NCBI GenBank assembly: GCA_964016885.1
Contig: OZ024744.1
Coordinates: 81,406,001-81,470,000 of the forward strand
Length of the DNA: 64,000 nucleotides
From: Eledone cirrhosa
Taxonomy: Eukaryota
Direction: 5' to 3'
Part shown: positions 62,411 through 64,000 of the stretch, one piece after another
Layout: each line of letters starts with the position of its first letter
Position numbering within the stretch: position 1 is the first letter of the stretch
Translations under genes and position numbers: made by a program
Notes under the pieces: generated by a model
Seen by the model: only the letters and a program-made list of their open reading frames with translations
Told to the model about the DNA's origin: nothing
The model's database searches: none

Positions 62411-63726
62411 TGGATACCTACAAGTATGTACGGTTTCAATTTTGGTGTTTTCTTTCTTATACAAACCTAGGTATGTCTATGCACTCGCATAAATCTAAAT
62501 GTGTATCTACATCTACATCTACATCTACATATATATATCTACATACACATCTACATACACATCTACATATCTACAAAAATATCTACATACACATCTACTG
62601 ATACATATCTATATACACATATACTCAGGCCACACTGTAAAGTGGTCATATAGAAGTCACGACAAAAAGCACTAGCCCACACCGTAAATGTGGTTGGCAT
62701 TAAGAAGGGCATCCAGCCATAGAAACCTAACCAGAAACAGTTCTGTATGAGTTAGACACGGTCACCTGACCCAACTTGCCTCAAATGGGACAACCCGTCT
62801 AACACATGTTAGCATGGAAAATGGACATTAACGATGATGATGACATCTACATATACATATCTACATATACATATCTACATACACATCTACATATATACAT
62901 CTATATATACATATCTATATATACATATCTACATACACATCTACACATATATATTTACATACACATCTACATAAACATATAAATATCCACGCATATACTT
63001 ATACTGTTGGATGACTAAATATTTGATTATTTTCAAAATCAATTGAAACACATAGGCAGTGTATACCATAAAAAAAGTATCAATGAATGATATTCAATGT
63101 TAATACACAGACTTCATTCAATCTCTCATTTCTATTTAGGATAGATTGTCAAAACGAAAATTCCATAAATATTTCTCTATGTATATTTTGGTTATTCCAG
63201 ACATATTATTGTTCCTCTCATTCTACAAGAAACCATTATGAAGATGTTAGTTTTTGTATCTATTAGCTGACCTCAGTCCAATGTTCATCTAACTCAATTC
63301 AACAAAATTCACAATATTTTTTACAAAGGATTCCTTGGCTATTATTAATCAAAGTGTGATAGACTGGCAGAATCGTTAGAATGTCAAAGAGAATGCTTTA
63401 CAGTATTTATTTTGGTACTCAGCACTCTGAGTTCAAATCCTAAATTCTGACGAAGTCAACTTTGCCTTTCATCCATCCTTCTAGGATCCATAAAATAAAA
63501 TACCAGTCAAATACTTAGGTCAATATGATAAATATTTCCTTCTCCTCAAAATTTCTGACTTTGAAATATAGTATCAATGAAGTACTGCACTCAATATGAT
63601 TGACTTTTCCTTCCCCTTCAAAATGGCTGATCTTGAAACAAAGTACCAGTCAAATACCGGTCGATATAATCAATTTTTCCCCCCTCAAAATTGCGGGCCT
63701 TATACCTAAATTAGAAACCATTGGAA

Positions 63727-63945
63727 GGCAGTAGCTGTAGAGTGTCGGACACCATGCTTTTCAGCATAGAGTTTCATCCCTTTATGGTCTGAGTATACAT
63801 CCCACCGAGGTTAACTTTGCTAATCCTTATGGGGGTCGATAAAATAAAGTACCAGTCACACACTGGTGTTAATATAATCAACTTAATCAACTTTTTTTCT
63901 CCCTCAAAATTATTGGCTTTGTATCTTAATTAGAAAACATTATTT
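63727..63945 (+). mobile_element. MetaSINE-like SINE
   Basis: GGGGTCGATAAAATAAAGTACCAG core. Confidence 0.75.
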
Positions 63946-64000
63946 AATGTTTGGCAACATGTATATGCAGACTACTACAGTCCTTTTTTTTTTTTTTTTA

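Overview
AT-rich, repeat-saturated eukaryotic DNA. The repeat set (MetaSINE- and CORE-type tRNA SINEs, RTE LINEs with (ATG)n tails, TTAA MITEs, long (TA)n) points to a mollusc, most likely an octopus; this is inferred from the repeats only. Almost all recognisable sequence is transposon-derived. LINEs: one intact 1039-aa RTE (12016-15484, 7-bp TSD) with a PHD-type finger inside its RT, many decayed RTE copies, a second RTE family with three C-terminal C2H2 fingers, and Dong/R4, Tx1 and CR1 relics. Other elements: a decayed Gypsy with TSD, several Penelope-like elements (PLEs) with hammerhead ribozymes (HHRs), and Helitrons. The most striking structure is a four-level nest at 50.5-56.2 kb: TTAA-MITE > Helitron(-) > Helitron(+) > PLE with ~980-bp inverted arms. 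Both Helitrons carry a captured PLE terminal segment; in the inner one it contains a complete type I hammerhead fold with a non-canonical core (CAGAAGA, U4A). Two or three short minus-strand candidate exons suggest the window lies largely in introns of an unidentified host gene. No rRNA, true tRNA or CRISPR array was found. Coordinates were read by eye and the ends of decayed repeats are approximate.
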